NCBI GenBank assembly: GCA_963667785.2 | Contig: CAXXMU010000001.1 | Location: forward strand, 576,001 to 640,000 | Direction: 5' to 3' | DNA from: Alphaproteobacteria bacterium | Lineage (GTDB): Bacteria; Pseudomonadota; Alphaproteobacteria; UBA828 | Length of the DNA: 64,000 nucleotides | Shown here: in pieces, positions 18,842 to 32,070 of the stretch | Numbering within the stretch: position 1 is the stretch's first letter | Layout of the letters: each line of letters opens with the position of its first letter | Made by a program: the position numbers and the translations under genes | The notes under the pieces: generated by a model | What the model saw: only the letters and a program-made list of their open reading frames with translations | The model's database searches: none | Told to the model about the DNA's origin: nothing

Positions 18842-19306
18842 ATGATCGTGTTCGACCTCAAGTGCGGCAAGGACCACGTGTTCGAGGCCTACTTCGCCGA
18901 TTCCGCCACCTACGAGCGGCAGGCGGAGGCGGGCGAGATCGCGTGCCCCCTCTGCGGCGACGTCAGGATCGCCAAGGCGCCGATGGCGCCCAACATCGCG
19001 GTGGCCAACAAGGCGCGGGGCGAGCCCGAGCCGGTGCCCGCGCCGGCACCCGCTCCGGCGCGCAAGCCGCCGAGCCCGCCGGAGATGGCCCGCGCCGTGG
19101 CGACGCTCAGGCGGATGCGCGCCCATATCGAGCAGAACTTCGACCATGTGGGAGAGCGCTTCCCCGAGGAGGCGCGCAAGATCCACTACGGCGAGGGCGA
19201 ACGCCGCAACATCTACGGCGACGCGACCAAGGAGGAGGTCGGCGAGCTCGCCGACGAGGGGATCGAGGTCGGCGAGATTCCCTGGGTGCCCCGCCACGAC
19301 GCATAG
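18842..19306 (+). CDS. DUF1178-family protein
   Basis: MIVFDLKC..DH.FEAYF, CPLCG, KAPMAP, VGERFPEEARKIHYGE. Confidence 0.9.
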   Translation: MIVFDLKCGKDHVFEAYFADSATYERQAEAGEIACPLCGDVRIAKAPMAPNIAVANKARGEPEPVPAPAPAPARKPPSPPEMARAVATLRRMRAHIEQNFDHVGERFPEEARKIHYGEGERRNIYGDATKEEVGELADEGIEVGEIPWVPRHDA

Positions 19307-19366
19307 GCGCCGCGGCGGCGGGCCGCGGTCGCGGCCTGTCGCGCGTCCGTCAAGGACGGACGCGCT

Positions 19367-19684
19367 CTAACGGTCGTTGAAGAGCGGGCCGCTGAAGAGG
19401 GTGAGCCCGCCGAAGCGGTGCGACAGGCCGACCTCCCCGCCGTACTTGTAGAGCGTCAGGCCGCCGTAGGCCCGCGAGACGCCGTGTCTGCGGTCGATGC
19501 TGTAGGGAATCGAGCCGCCGTACCTGTGCGCCAGGCCGGTCTTGCCGTCGCAATTGTAGATGGCGAACGCGCCGAAGCTCTTCGCAAGGCAACGGGCCTG
19601 CGCGGAATCGCTCAGCCACAGGGAAGCGACGAGGCAAGCGATCACACCACCCGCGGCAATCATGCGCTGCGTGGTTCTTGGCAT
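19367..19684 (-). CDS. Small putative secreted protein with 17-residue internal repeats
   Basis: AGAAGG upstream; signal-like N-terminus ending AQA; three G-x-[AS]-x-x-[YF]-GG repeats; fills the gap between DUF1178 and ubiG. Confidence 0.6.
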   Translation of the reverse strand: MPRTTQRMIAAGGVIACLVASLWLSDSAQARCLAKSFGAFAIYNCDGKTGLAHRYGGSIPYSIDRRHGVSRAYGGLTLYKYGGEVGLSHRFGGLTLFSGPLFNDR

Positions 19685-19786
19685 CGCGCCCTTCTCCGTC
19701 CCTCGTATCGGATGGAACGGCCAGCATGGACCTGCAGGCGGGGCGGATCAAGCACGGATGGGCGGCCCGCCTCGCCCGCTCGCCGC

Positions 19787-20611
19787 TCAGGCGTGGTGCT
19801 TCTTCGCGTGCACGATGTAGTTGACCGCGAGGCTCGGGCTCGTCGTCCAGCCACCGGCGAGCGGGTTGTAGACCATGCCCCGCATGTCCGCGACGGCAAG
19901 CCCGTGGCGGCGCAGCAGGCGGACCATCTCGGCCGGCCGCACGAAGCGCGACCAGTCGTGGCTGCCGGCCGGCACCCAGCCGAGGATGCGCTCGGCAGCG
20001 ACGATGCCCAGCGCGTAGGCCGCGAGAGTGCGATTGAGCGTCGCCACGAAGAGCGACCCGCCGGGCCTGACGAGGCCCGCGCAGGCGGCCGCGAAGGCGT
20101 CGCGATCGGCCACGTGCTCGACGATCTCGAGCGCCAGCACGGCGTCGAAGCGCTCGCCGGCGTCGGCCAGGGCCTCGGCGGTGGCGAAGCGATAGTCGAT
20201 GGCGAGCCCCTGCTCCTCGGCATGGTGGCGGGCGGCGCGGATGTTGGGCTCCGCCGCGTCGATGGCGACCACGTCTGCCCCCAGCCGGCACATGGGCTCG
20301 GCCATCAGGCCGCCGCCGCAGCCGACGTCGAGCAGCCTGAGCCCGGCAAGCGGCCTGAGCGACGTCGCGCCTTCGGCAGGGTCGGCCGGCGCTGTGTCGG
20401 CGACGAGCGCGTCCCGCACATAGGCGATGCGGACCGGGTTGAGCGCGTGCAGGGCGCGGAGCGCGCCGTGGCGGTCCCACCACCGGTCCGCGAGCCGGGC
20501 GAAGCGCTCGACCTCGGCCGGATCGACGCTGGGATCGGCCGCCGCAGCACCCGCCGCGTCGCCCGCGTCTGCGGCTTGCGGCGCCTCCCGCGTGCGTTCC
20601 TTCGCGGCCAT
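19787..20611 (-). CDS. ubiG: Ubiquinone biosynthesis O-methyltransferase UbiG
   Basis: EVERF, WWD, LH.LNP.R, LDVGCGGGL, LEIVEHV, TLNRT; GGAGG RBS. Confidence 0.95.
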   Translation of the reverse strand: MAAKERTREAPQAADAGDAAGAAAADPSVDPAEVERFARLADRWWDRHGALRALHALNPVRIAYVRDALVADTAPADPAEGATSLRPLAGLRLLDVGCGGGLMAEPMCRLGADVVAIDAAEPNIRAARHHAEEQGLAIDYRFATAEALADAGERFDAVLALEIVEHVADRDAFAAACAGLVRPGGSLFVATLNRTLAAYALGIVAAERILGWVPAGSHDWSRFVRPAEMVRLLRRHGLAVADMRGMVYNPLAGGWTTSPSLAVNYIVHAKKHHA

Positions 20612-20726
20612 CCGCACGTCCTCCAAGGCTGCGTCGTGCGCTTGCGCGGCTCCGACCGAGTCAGTATGTAGGGGCGTCTCCACGACCGGCAAGCGTCGCC
20701 TTCCCGACGCGGACGCGCCCCACCCG

Positions 20727-21950
20727 ATGGCTCTAATCGTTCACAAGTACGGCGGCACGTCGGTGGCCGACCTCGACCGCATCAACGCCGTCGCCGACCG
20801 CGTGAAGGCGACGGTCGATGCCGGCGACCGTGTGGCGGTCGTCGTCTCCGCCATGGCCGGCACGACCGACCGGCTCGTCTCCCTGGTGCGGTCGGCGGCG
20901 CCGCTCCACGACGCGCGGGAATACGACACGGTCGCGTCGGCGGGTGAGCAGATCACCGCCGGCCTGCTCGCGCTCGCCCTGCAGAGCCGGGGGGTCACGG
21001 CGCGCTCGTGGCTCGGCTGGCAGATTCCGATCCGCACCGACGGCGGCCACGGCCGCGCCCGGATCGAGGGGATCGAGACCGACGAGCTGCACCGGCGCAT
21101 CGCCCGGCAGGAGGTGCCGGTGGTCGCCGGCTTCCAGGGCCTGGGCCCGCTCGGGCGGATCACGACGCTCGGGCGCGGCGGCACCGACACGACGGCAGTC
21201 GCGCTCGCCGCGGCGCTGGGGGCCGATCGCTGCGACATCTTCACCGACGTGGAGGGCGTGTTCACAGCCGATCCCCGTATCGTTGCGACGGCCCGCAAGC
21301 TGGCTAAGATCACCTACGAGGAGATGCTGGAGCTCGCCTCGCTCGGCGCCAAGGTTCTGCAGATTCGCGCCGTCGAGATGGCGATGAAGCACCAGGTGAC
21401 GCTTCAGGTCGCCTCCAGCTTTGCCGATACCCCCGGAACATTCGTGGTCGACGAGGACGACATCGTGGAACAGGAGCGGGTCAGCGGAATCGCCTACAGC
21501 CGGGACGAGGCCAAGATCACCGTGATCGGCGTCGCCGACCGCCCCGGCGTCGCAGCCAGCATCTTCGGGCCGCTGGCGGACGGCAACGTCAACGTCGACA
21601 TGATCGTGCAGAACATCTCCGCCGACGGCACGACCGACCTCACCTTCACGGTGACGGAGGCCGACCTGGAGCGCTCGATCGCCATCCTGGAAGAGGCGCG
21701 GAGCGCTGTCGCCTTCGAGCGGCTGGCGGCGGATTCGGGCGTGGTCAAGGTATCGGTGATCGGCGTCGGGATGCGCAGCCACGCCGGGGTGGCGCAGACG
21801 ATGTTCGCCGCGCTCGCCGAGAAGGGGATCAACATTCAGGTGATCTCGACCTCGGAGATCAAGATCAGCGTGCTGGTCTCGGAAGACTACACCGAGCTCG
21901 CCGTGCGCGCCCTTCACGCGGCCTACGGGCTGGACGAACGTGAGCCCTGA
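20727..21950 (+). CDS. lysC: Aspartate kinase
   Basis: KYGGTSV, VVSAM, VAGFQG, TTLGRGGTD, two ACT domains, STSEIKIS. Confidence 0.96.
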   Translation: MALIVHKYGGTSVADLDRINAVADRVKATVDAGDRVAVVVSAMAGTTDRLVSLVRSAAPLHDAREYDTVASAGEQITAGLLALALQSRGVTARSWLGWQIPIRTDGGHGRARIEGIETDELHRRIARQEVPVVAGFQGLGPLGRITTLGRGGTDTTAVALAAALGADRCDIFTDVEGVFTADPRIVATARKLAKITYEEMLELASLGAKVLQIRAVEMAMKHQVTLQVASSFADTPGTFVVDEDDIVEQERVSGIAYSRDEAKITVIGVADRPGVAASIFGPLADGNVNVDMIVQNISADGTTDLTFTVTEADLERSIAILEEARSAVAFERLAADSGVVKVSVIGVGMRSHAGVAQTMFAALAEKGINIQVISTSEIKISVLVSEDYTELAVRALHAAYGLDEREP

Positions 21951-23061
21951 AGCGCGCGACGACGCGGACCTGCAAGACGCGCGCGAAAACGCGCGACGAC
22001 GGCTCGACGCCTACTGGGCGCGGGGATGCGCGTTCCTCGGCACCCGCTACGCGCTCATGGGGGGCGCGATGTCGTGGGTTTCCGAGCGGAACCTGGTGGC
22101 GGCCATCTCCAACGCCGGCGGCTTCGGCGTCGTCGCCTGCGGCTCGCTCGAGCCCGATCAGCTCGGCGACGAGATCGACGGCGTTTACGAGCGCTGCGAC
22201 AAGCCCTTCGGGGTGAACATCATCGTCATGCACCCCGCGCTCGACGCGTTGATCGCGACCTGTATCGAGCGCGGCGTCGGCCATGTGGTGCTGGCAGGCG
22301 GCATGCCGCCGCGCCGTGCCATCGCGGCTCTGAAGGAGGCCGGCACGCGGGTAATCGCGTTCGCGCCGACGCTGCCGCTCGCGCGCAGGCTGGCCGGGCA
22401 GGGAATCGACGCGCTCATCATCGAGGGCATGGAGGCGGGCGGCCATATCGGCCCCGTGTCGACCAACGTGCTGGCCCAGGAGGTGCTGCCCCATTTCGAC
22501 GACGTGCCGGTCTTCGTCGGCGGCGGCATCGGGAGGGGCGATGCGGTCGCGCTCTATCTCGCGATGGGCGCGGCCGGCTGCCAGCTCGGCACGCGCTTCG
22601 TCTGCGCCACCGAATCGATCGCGCATCCGCGCTTCAAGCAGGCCATGATCCGCGCCAACGCACGCGACGCGCGGCTCTCGGTGCAGGTGGACCCGGATTT
22701 TCCGGTGATCCCGGTGCGTGCCGTCGCCAACAAGGCAACCGAGCGTTTCGAGGCGTTTCAGCGGGAGACCATCGCCCGCTTTCGCGGCGGCGAGATGGCG
22801 CTTGCCGAGGCGAGGCTCGCCATCGAGCACTTCTGGGCGGGCGCGTTGCGCCGGGCCGCGATCGAGGGCGACATCGAGAACGGCTCCCTGATGGCCGGCC
22901 AGAGTGTCGGCATGGTGAGCGCGGAGCAGTCGACCGAGGAGATCGTCACCGAGCTGGTCGGTCAGGCGGTAAACGCGATCGCTTCCAGCGCCGAGCGCGG
23001 CACGGGTGCTGCCGCGGAAGACGATCGGCCGTCCCGTCCGCCGCTCCCCGCCACCGCGTGA
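21940..23061 (+). CDS. Nitronate monooxygenase/FabK-like flavin oxidoreductase
   Basis: GGAMSWVS, PFGVN, EGMEAGGHIG, QLGTRF, GSLMAGQSVG. Confidence 0.88.
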   Translation: MSPEARDDADLQDARENARRRLDAYWARGCAFLGTRYALMGGAMSWVSERNLVAAISNAGGFGVVACGSLEPDQLGDEIDGVYERCDKPFGVNIIVMHPALDALIATCIERGVGHVVLAGGMPPRRAIAALKEAGTRVIAFAPTLPLARRLAGQGIDALIIEGMEAGGHIGPVSTNVLAQEVLPHFDDVPVFVGGGIGRGDAVALYLAMGAAGCQLGTRFVCATESIAHPRFKQAMIRANARDARLSVQVDPDFPVIPVRAVANKATERFEAFQRETIARFRGGEMALAEARLAIEHFWAGALRRAAIEGDIENGSLMAGQSVGMVSAEQSTEEIVTELVGQAVNAIASSAERGTGAAAEDDRPSRPPLPATA

Positions 23062-23319
23062 CGTTACCGGCTTGTTTTGCGCGCATATGTCCGGCGGTCT
23101 TTGCAAGGGGCCGTAATTGGTATAAAATCGCCCGCAGTACGACTTGTGCCAAGGGAGGTAAGCTGCCCGCGACGCAGCCCGTAGCGCCGGGGAACAATCG
23201 GCGAATCGAGGTCGCGCGCGTGCAACACGGAGCGGGTTTGAACATCGGAAGTAGGCGCCTGAGCGTGTAACGCCGACGGGAGGGCCGGCGTGCGCGTTCG
23301 CGTTTGCGGGACGCGGGTG

Positions 23320-24945
23320 ATGAAGGATCCTCTGCGGGTGCCGTTCGAGGCGACCGATCCCGATCCGGCGGGGCCGCGGCTCGTGCACGAGGCGGGCGAC
23401 GGCGAGAGTCAGGCCGCCCCGAGCTTCTGCGAGACGCTGATCGAGGCGCGGGTCAGAGGCGGCTACAGCGTGGGAGACGCCGCCCGGGCGCTGCGAATCC
23501 AGGAGCACTACCTCCAGGCGCTGGAGGATGGCCGCTTCGACGAAATCCCCGGCAATACCTACGCGATCGGGTTCCTGCGGAGCTATGCGGGCTTTCTCGC
23601 CCTCGACCCGGATGAGCTCGTGGACGCCTTCAAGCGCGAGCAGGGGCTCGAATCCGGCGAGCAGAGGCTCGCGTTCCCCTCGCCCAGCGATACCAGCCCG
23701 AAGCCCAAGTTGTGGCTCATCCTGCTCGTTCTCGTGCTCGCCGGTCTCGCCTATGGCGGCTGGCAGTATCAGTCGACCGGCAGCCAGATCGCGACCGATC
23801 TGGTCGACGACGTTTCGACTCGGCTGACAGAGGCGGTCGGCCTGGGGACGGAAGAGGCTGCGCAGGCCACGCAGGCCACCCAAGCCACCGGAGCAACGGA
23901 AACCGCGCAGACCGCGCAGGAGCCGGCTGCCGTCGCGACGGACGCCACGCCGGCGGCGTCGGCTACGGCGGGGGCCGAGGTGTCGGCGGAGACCTCCCTG
24001 GCCGAGGCCACCATATCGGACGCGAGCCCGGCCGCTCCCGCCCCTGACGGCCCGGCTCCGACGAGCGTCGCTGCGGGCGATGCCGCCATTCCGGCGGCCG
24101 AGAGCTGGGACGAGACCGGGACGGAGCAGGCGGCGGACGCTGCGGTGATCGACGGGGCGCGGGAGGACGGTGAGCCGATTCCGCCGGCGCCGCCCAAGGC
24201 CGAGGCGGCCGACGATGCCGCTCCCGTGACATCCGCGCCGGCCGCGCCGGGCGAGGCCACGCAGCAGGCCGAGGCCGCGGCGCCGATCGAACCGAGCGCT
24301 TCCGGCGAGGCGATCGCTACGGCGGTCGAGCAACGCCCGGCCGTCGCGGCGCCGCTCGACCTCGCGGCCGCCCAGGTCGGCGGGAGCGGCAGCGCCGAAG
24401 AGGCGGTCACCGTCCCCGATGCGCCGACCGCCGCGTCCGCCGCCTCCGCTGAGAGCGCGGTGTCCGCAGAAGCACTGCCGGTTATCGAAACGGAGCCGGT
24501 GGAGGTCGTCGCGCTGCAGGAGCTGCCGGCCCCAGCGCAGGAGCAGCCGTCGCAGCCGGCCGTCGATACGGCAGGGGAGGGGACCGCCGCTCCCCAGGTC
24601 CCGGGTGCGGACGAAACATGGCCCGCGGCCGACAGCGGCTACGTTCCCAAGGTCTACGGACGCAGCAACGCCGATGCCCGCGTCGTCATCACCGCGACCG
24701 ACGACAGCTGGGTCCAGGTGCAGGGCCCCGACAACGAGCTGCTGCTGACCCGGATCCTCCACACAGGCGATTCCTATCGCGTGCCCGACCGTCCCGGCCT
24801 CGTCATGGTGACGGGCAATGCGGGCGGTCTCGAGATCCGGGTCGACGATGCGCCCGCGCCGGCGCTGGGACCCCTCGGAGTGGTCATGCGGAACATCGCC
24901 CTCGATCCCGACCGCCTTCTGGCCGGCACGGCGACGGGCGGCTAG
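23320..24945 (+). CDS. rodZ: RodZ-like protein (HTH-TM-long acidic linker-DUF4115)
   Basis: L.EAR, LRI..YL.ALE.G, YA.GFLRSYA..L.LD; one TM; C-terminal SWVQV...TGNAGGL domain. Confidence 0.85.
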   Translation: MKDPLRVPFEATDPDPAGPRLVHEAGDGESQAAPSFCETLIEARVRGGYSVGDAARALRIQEHYLQALEDGRFDEIPGNTYAIGFLRSYAGFLALDPDELVDAFKREQGLESGEQRLAFPSPSDTSPKPKLWLILLVLVLAGLAYGGWQYQSTGSQIATDLVDDVSTRLTEAVGLGTEEAAQATQATQATGATETAQTAQEPAAVATDATPAASATAGAEVSAETSLAEATISDASPAAPAPDGPAPTSVAAGDAAIPAAESWDETGTEQAADAAVIDGAREDGEPIPPAPPKAEAADDAAPVTSAPAAPGEATQQAEAAAPIEPSASGEAIATAVEQRPAVAAPLDLAAAQVGGSGSAEEAVTVPDAPTAASAASAESAVSAEALPVIETEPVEVVALQELPAPAQEQPSQPAVDTAGEGTAAPQVPGADETWPAADSGYVPKVYGRSNADARVVITATDDSWVQVQGPDNELLLTRILHTGDSYRVPDRPGLVMVTGNAGGLEIRVDDAPAPALGPLGVVMRNIALDPDRLLAGTATGG

Positions 24946-25057
24946 GCGCCACGACGGGGCGGCCGCCGCCGCCGCTTGCCGAAATCGCGGATTCGAGTCA
25001 CTAAACCCGCCGCCGTCGCGTCGGCGGCAGCACCGGCGCCGCTCGGGAACCCAGACA

Positions 25058-26320
25058 GTGCGCAAGATTCAGCCGGTTCGCGGAACGCACGACCTCGCGG
25101 CGGACGAGATGCGGCGCCACCGCCACGTCGTCGAGCGCGCCCGCGCCCTCGCCGAGCGCTACGGATTCGCGGAGGTGGCGACCCCGATCTTCGAGTTCAG
25201 CGACGTCTTCCGCCGCACGCTGGGCGACACCTCGGACATCGTGACCAAGGAGATGTACACCTTCACCGACCGCGGCGGCTCCGAGCTTACGCTCAGGCCC
25301 GAGAACACGGCGGGAGTGGCCCGCGCGCTCATCGGCGGCACCTTCGGCGACCGCCGCCCGGTCAAGTGCTTCTACGCCGGGCCCATGTTCCGCTACGAGC
25401 GGCCGCAGAAGGGCCGGTTGCGCCAGTTCCATCAGATCGGCGTCGAGCTGATCGGTGCCCCCGAGCCCCTTGCCGACATCGAGGTGATCGCCCTCGGCGC
25501 GCATGTGCTGGAGGAGCTCGGCGTGCTGGAGCGGGTCACGCTGGAGATCAACACGCTCGCCGACGAGCCGAGCCGGCTGGCCTATCGTGAAGCGCTCGTC
25601 GCCCATCTCGAGGCCAACGAGGACGCGCTGTCCGAGGAGAGCCGGCAGCGTCTCAGGCGCAATCCGCTGCGCGTCCTCGATTCGAAGGACGAGGGCGACC
25701 GGGCGGTGCTGGCCGATGCGCCGCTGATCGACGCCCATCTGAGCCCCGAGGCCGCCGCCTTCTTCGATGCCCTCTGCGACGGGCTGAGCGGCCTCGGCAT
25801 CGCGTTCGCGCGCAACGCCCGGCTCGTGCGGGGCCTGGACTACTACTGCCACACGGCCTTCGAGTTCGTCACCGAGGCGCTCGGCGCGCAGGGCGCGGTG
25901 CTGGCGGGAGGGCGCTACGACGGCCTGGTGGAGACGATGGGCGGGCCGGCCACGCCCGGCGTCGGCTGGGCCGGCGGCATCGAGCGTCTGGCCGCCCTGG
26001 TGGCCACGGCAGGGGAGGTGGCGGCGGCGCCCCGCCCCATCGCCATCGTGCCCCTCGGTGCGCGTGCCGAGGCCAGCGCCCTCAGGCTCGCCCAGCGCCT
26101 GCGCCACGCAGGCTTCGCGGTTGAGCTGACCTATCGCGGCACCCTCTCCAAGCGGCTCAAGCGGGCGGATCAGGCACGCGCCGCGGCGGCGGTGATCCTG
26201 GGCGAGGACGAGTTGGAGCGTGGGGTCGCGACGGTCCGCGACCTCGACAGCGGCGAACAGGTCGAGACGCCGGAGGCGGAGCTCGGCGCGCATCTCGCCC
26301 GCTACGCGCCGGGCCGATGA
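25058..26320 (+). CDS. hisS: Histidine--tRNA ligase
   Basis: [54 protein letters not shown]; GTG start. Confidence 0.96.
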   Translation: MRKIQPVRGTHDLAADEMRRHRHVVERARALAERYGFAEVATPIFEFSDVFRRTLGDTSDIVTKEMYTFTDRGGSELTLRPENTAGVARALIGGTFGDRRPVKCFYAGPMFRYERPQKGRLRQFHQIGVELIGAPEPLADIEVIALGAHVLEELGVLERVTLEINTLADEPSRLAYREALVAHLEANEDALSEESRQRLRRNPLRVLDSKDEGDRAVLADAPLIDAHLSPEAAAFFDALCDGLSGLGIAFARNARLVRGLDYYCHTAFEFVTEALGAQGAVLAGGRYDGLVETMGGPATPGVGWAGGIERLAALVATAGEVAAAPRPIAIVPLGARAEASALRLAQRLRHAGFAVELTYRGTLSKRLKRADQARAAAAVILGEDELERGVATVRDLDSGEQVETPEAELGAHLARYAPGR

Positions 26321-27404
26321 GCGCCGCGACCGGGTTCGAGGAGCGCCTGGACCGGGTGCTCGCCCGCCACGGCGAGCTCGGCCTGGCGCTGTCCGCCTCG
26401 CCCCCGCCCCCGCCCGGCGAGCTCGCGCGGCTCTCCGCGAGTACACCGCGCTCTCGCCGATCGTGGAGGCGATCTCGGCGCTCCGCGCCGCCCGCGACGA
26501 GGCCGACGAGCTGCAGGCGATGGCCGAGGATGCGGAGAGCGATCCCGAGATGCGGGAGCTGGCCGAGGAAGAGCGCGCCGCGCTGTTGGCGGCCATCCCT
26601 GCGAAGGAGGAGGCGCTGAAGCTCCTTCTCCTGCCGACCGACGAGGCCGACGAGCGCAACGCGATTCTCGAGGTCCGGGCCGGCACCGGCGGCGAGGAGG
26701 CCGCGCTCTTCGCCGGCGATCTGCTCAGGATGTACCAGCGCTACGCGGAAGCCCGGCGCTGGCGCTTCGAGCTGATGTCGATGTCGGACACCGGCCTGGG
26801 CGGGGTCAAGGAGGCGGTCGCGTCGATCGGGGGGCGCGGCGTCTATGCGCGGCTCAAGTTCGAATCGGGCGTCCACCGCGTTCAGCGGGTGCCGGAGACG
26901 GAGGCCAGCGGGCGCATTCACACCTCGGCGGCGACCGTCGCCGTGCTGCCCGAGGCGGAGGATGTCGACATCGCGCTGGACGAGAAGGAGCTCCGCATCG
27001 ACGTCTACCGCTCCAGCGGGCCGGGCGGGCAGAGCGTCAACACCACCGACAGCGCCGTGCGAATCACCCACCTGCCGACAGGCATCGTGGTCACCCAGCA
27101 GGACGAGAAATCGCAGCACAAGAACAAGGCCAAGGCCATGAAGATGCTGCGCGCCCGGCTCTACGACCGGGAGCGCGCGCTGCGCGATGCCGAGCGCGCC
27201 GCCGCGCGGCGCGGGCAGGTCGGCTCCGGCGACCGCTCCGAGCGCATCCGCACCTACAACTTCCCGCAGGGCCGTGTGAGCGATCACCGCATCAACCTCA
27301 CCCTCTACAAGCTCGACAAGGTGTTGAGCGGCGAGGCCCTCGACGAGGTCATCGATCCGCTGATGACGGCCGACCGCGCCGCCCGGCTCGCGGAGGCGGA
27401 GTGA
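26317..27404 (+). CDS. prfA: Peptide chain release factor 1, split by a 1-nt frameshift near 26435
   Basis: N-terminus ([11 protein letters not shown]...GELARLS) and remainder (REYTALSP...[26 protein letters not shown]) lie in different frames; PxT motif identifies RF1. Confidence 0.93.
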
Positions 27405-28285
27405 GCGCCGCCGCCGCGACCCGGGCAGAGGCGCTCGGCGCTGCCGCGCGGCGCCTGGGGCGCGCCGGCATCGCCGCACCGCGCCGCGACGCGCGCCTCC
27501 TGATGCAGCATGCATTGGAGCTCTCGCCCGAAGCTCTGCTCGCCGGGGGGGAGGCGCCTCTCGGCGCGAGCGAGGCGCGGCGGCTCTCCGCGCTCGTCGA
27601 CCGCCGCTGCGCGCGCGAGCCGATCGCCTACCTCACGGGCGTGCGCGAGTTCTGGAGCCTCGACTTCGCCGTCGACCGCTCCGCCCTCGTCCCGCGGCCG
27701 GAGACCGAGACCGTCGTCGAGGCGGTGCTGGCGCAGGCCGGCCGCCTCAAGGCGCGGCCGCACCTGCTCGATCTCGGCACCGGCTCCGGTTGCCTGCTCG
27801 TCGCCCTCCTCAGCGAGCTTGAGGGCGCGGTCGGGCTCGGCATCGATATCAGCGCCGCCGCCGTCTCGCTGGCGCGGGCCAACGCCAGGCGGCACGGAGT
27901 CGCCGGGCGCGCCTCCTTCGTCGTCGCCGACTGGGGCGCGCCGCTTGGCCGCCGCTTCGACGTCGTGGTGAGCAACCCGCCCTATGTGGCGGCCGCGGCG
28001 CTGGCTGCGCTCGCGCCGGAAGTCTCGCGTCACGAGCCCAGGGCGGCGCTCGCCGGCGGGGCCGACGGGTACGAGAGCTATCGGCGACTCGCGCCGCAGA
28101 CCGCACGCCTGCTGGCGGCGGACGGGCTCGCCGCGGTCGAGCTCGGCGCCGGCATGGCGAACGACGTGGCGGCGTTGTTTCGGGCGGCCGGACTCGTGCA
28201 GATGGGCCGTCATCGCGATCTTGCCGGAATCGATCGATGCGCGCTTTTCGTGCACGCGGGCCGCACCCGGTTCTCGCCGGAATAA
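27401..28285 (+). CDS. prmC: Release factor glutamine methyltransferase PrmC/HemK
   Basis: [28 protein letters not shown]. Confidence 0.95.
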   Translation: MSAAAATRAEALGAAARRLGRAGIAAPRRDARLLMQHALELSPEALLAGGEAPLGASEARRLSALVDRRCAREPIAYLTGVREFWSLDFAVDRSALVPRPETETVVEAVLAQAGRLKARPHLLDLGTGSGCLLVALLSELEGAVGLGIDISAAAVSLARANARRHGVAGRASFVVADWGAPLGRRFDVVVSNPPYVAAAALAALAPEVSRHEPRAALAGGADGYESYRRLAPQTARLLAADGLAAVELGAGMANDVAALFRAAGLVQMGRHRDLAGIDRCALFVHAGRTRFSPE

Positions 28286-28507
28286 GGCGGTCGTCCCGCC
28301 TCCCTACGACGGGACGCGATAACGGAAATGACGCAAAAAAAATGTTGCAAACCGCGCCATCATGGTTAGGGTCTGCGGGACTCGCGAAACGCGACCGTAT
28401 GGACGGTCTCGTCGAGTTCTTCAGCAACAGATGCTGATAAGCGTGACCGGAACCAACGCAGTCGGCGCGCGCCGCGTAGCTGCCTGTGAGGCCAGAAGGC
28501 GATCAGT

Positions 28508-28963
28508 ATGAAAGGTCCGAACAACAAACGCCCGCGCGGGTACAGAGGCAACGGGCGGCGCCCCGGCTTTCACGGGCGCGGTTCTACCTTCGAGAGCAAC
28601 GGCCCCGAAGGAAAGATACGAGGAACGGCCTTTCAGGTTATCGAGAAATATCAGGCCCTGGCGCAGGACGCGCTTTCGGCCGGAGACCGCATCGGCGCCG
28701 AAAACTTCTTCCAGCATGCCGAGCACTATTACCGCGTGGTTGCCGCCAATGGCTGGGACCAGCGGGGGCAGCGTCAGCACGGTCAGCAGTCCCAACAGTC
28801 ACAGCAGTCACAACAGCCGCAGCCGCAGCAGCGGGTCGAGCCCGAGCAGAAGGCCGACGGAGACGCCGCGACGAATGCTGGCACCGAGTCGCAGCCTCAG
28901 CCTCAAGTGACGGGCGACGATGCGCCGACGCCTGCGGCGGAGCACGCACCGCAGGCCTCCTGA
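28508..28963 (+). CDS. DUF4167 domain protein
   Basis: FESNGP..KIRG.A.QV.EKY..LA.DA, AENFFQHAEHY.R; Q-rich tail; usual prmC-DUF4167-clpB synteny. Confidence 0.92.
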   Translation: MKGPNNKRPRGYRGNGRRPGFHGRGSTFESNGPEGKIRGTAFQVIEKYQALAQDALSAGDRIGAENFFQHAEHYYRVVAANGWDQRGQRQHGQQSQQSQQSQQPQPQQRVEPEQKADGDAATNAGTESQPQPQVTGDDAPTPAAEHAPQAS

Positions 28964-29052
28964 CGGGGACGCCTCCCCCCCGAACCCCGTTGTTCCTATC
29001 CGATCTCATCCCCTGTCCCGTCGAAGGACGGCACGCGAGACGCTGCCGCCCC

Positions 29053-29080
29053 CTTGCCGCGGCGCGGCCGAACCCCATAT
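29053..29080 (+). promoter_or_regulatory. RpoH (sigma32)-type promoter of clpB
   Basis: CTTG-N17-CCCATAT about 110 nt upstream of clpB; matches the alphaproteobacterial heat-shock consensus. Confidence 0.7.
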
Positions 29081-29189
29081 AGGGAACGGTTGCTAGGATA
29101 CCCGGCATCCGGCTGCGGGCTTCTCCCGAGGTCAGGAGGGCGCGACTCGAGTCGGCTCTCGGCGGCGGATGGCCAGCGAGGGACGGCAC

Positions 29190-31793
<2,604 letters not shown>

Positions 31794-31869
31794 CCCGCAT
31801 TTTTCACCATGGTCGCGGCCTGCGCGACTCTTCTCCCGCGCTCGCGACCTTGCGCCGTTCCTTCTTCAC

Positions 31870-31903
31870 GTCATGGCCGGATTTATTCCGGCCATCCACG
31901 TCT
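31870..31903. repeat. REP-like palindrome GTCATGGCCGGA-TTTA-TTCCGGCCATCCACGTC
   Basis: Hairpin resembling the common alphaproteobacterial GTCATGGCCGGG...CCCGGCCATC extragenic element. Confidence 0.6.
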
Positions 31904-32070
31904 CGCGGCCGTACCAGCCAGACCACATGCGTATGAACCCCGGACCATGGTGCGGTGCAAGGCAGGGGGTGTCCGTGCGAGGGTCGCGGCATGATGGGCG
32001 AGAGCGCAGGCAAGCGGGAAGGAGCGGGGCGCGGCAGGGGAGCCGGTGCTCAAGTGGGATATGCAGGCCG

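Noticed and set aside
21865-25065. Long antisense ORFs (1066 aa here; also 28638-30872, 33134-35443, 39663-42035, 54841-57711)
   Set aside because: They are opposite-strand shadows of well-supported genes and contain no recognisable motifs.
26317-27404. prfA as a true pseudogene or programmed frameshift
   Set aside because: Both halves are otherwise intact, many local genes end in TAG, and there is no slippery or stop signal; a single-base error is more parsimonious.
28770-28830. CAG-rich repeat in the DUF4167 gene
   Set aside because: This is an ordinary Gln/Ser low-complexity tail in a family with variable disordered C-termini.
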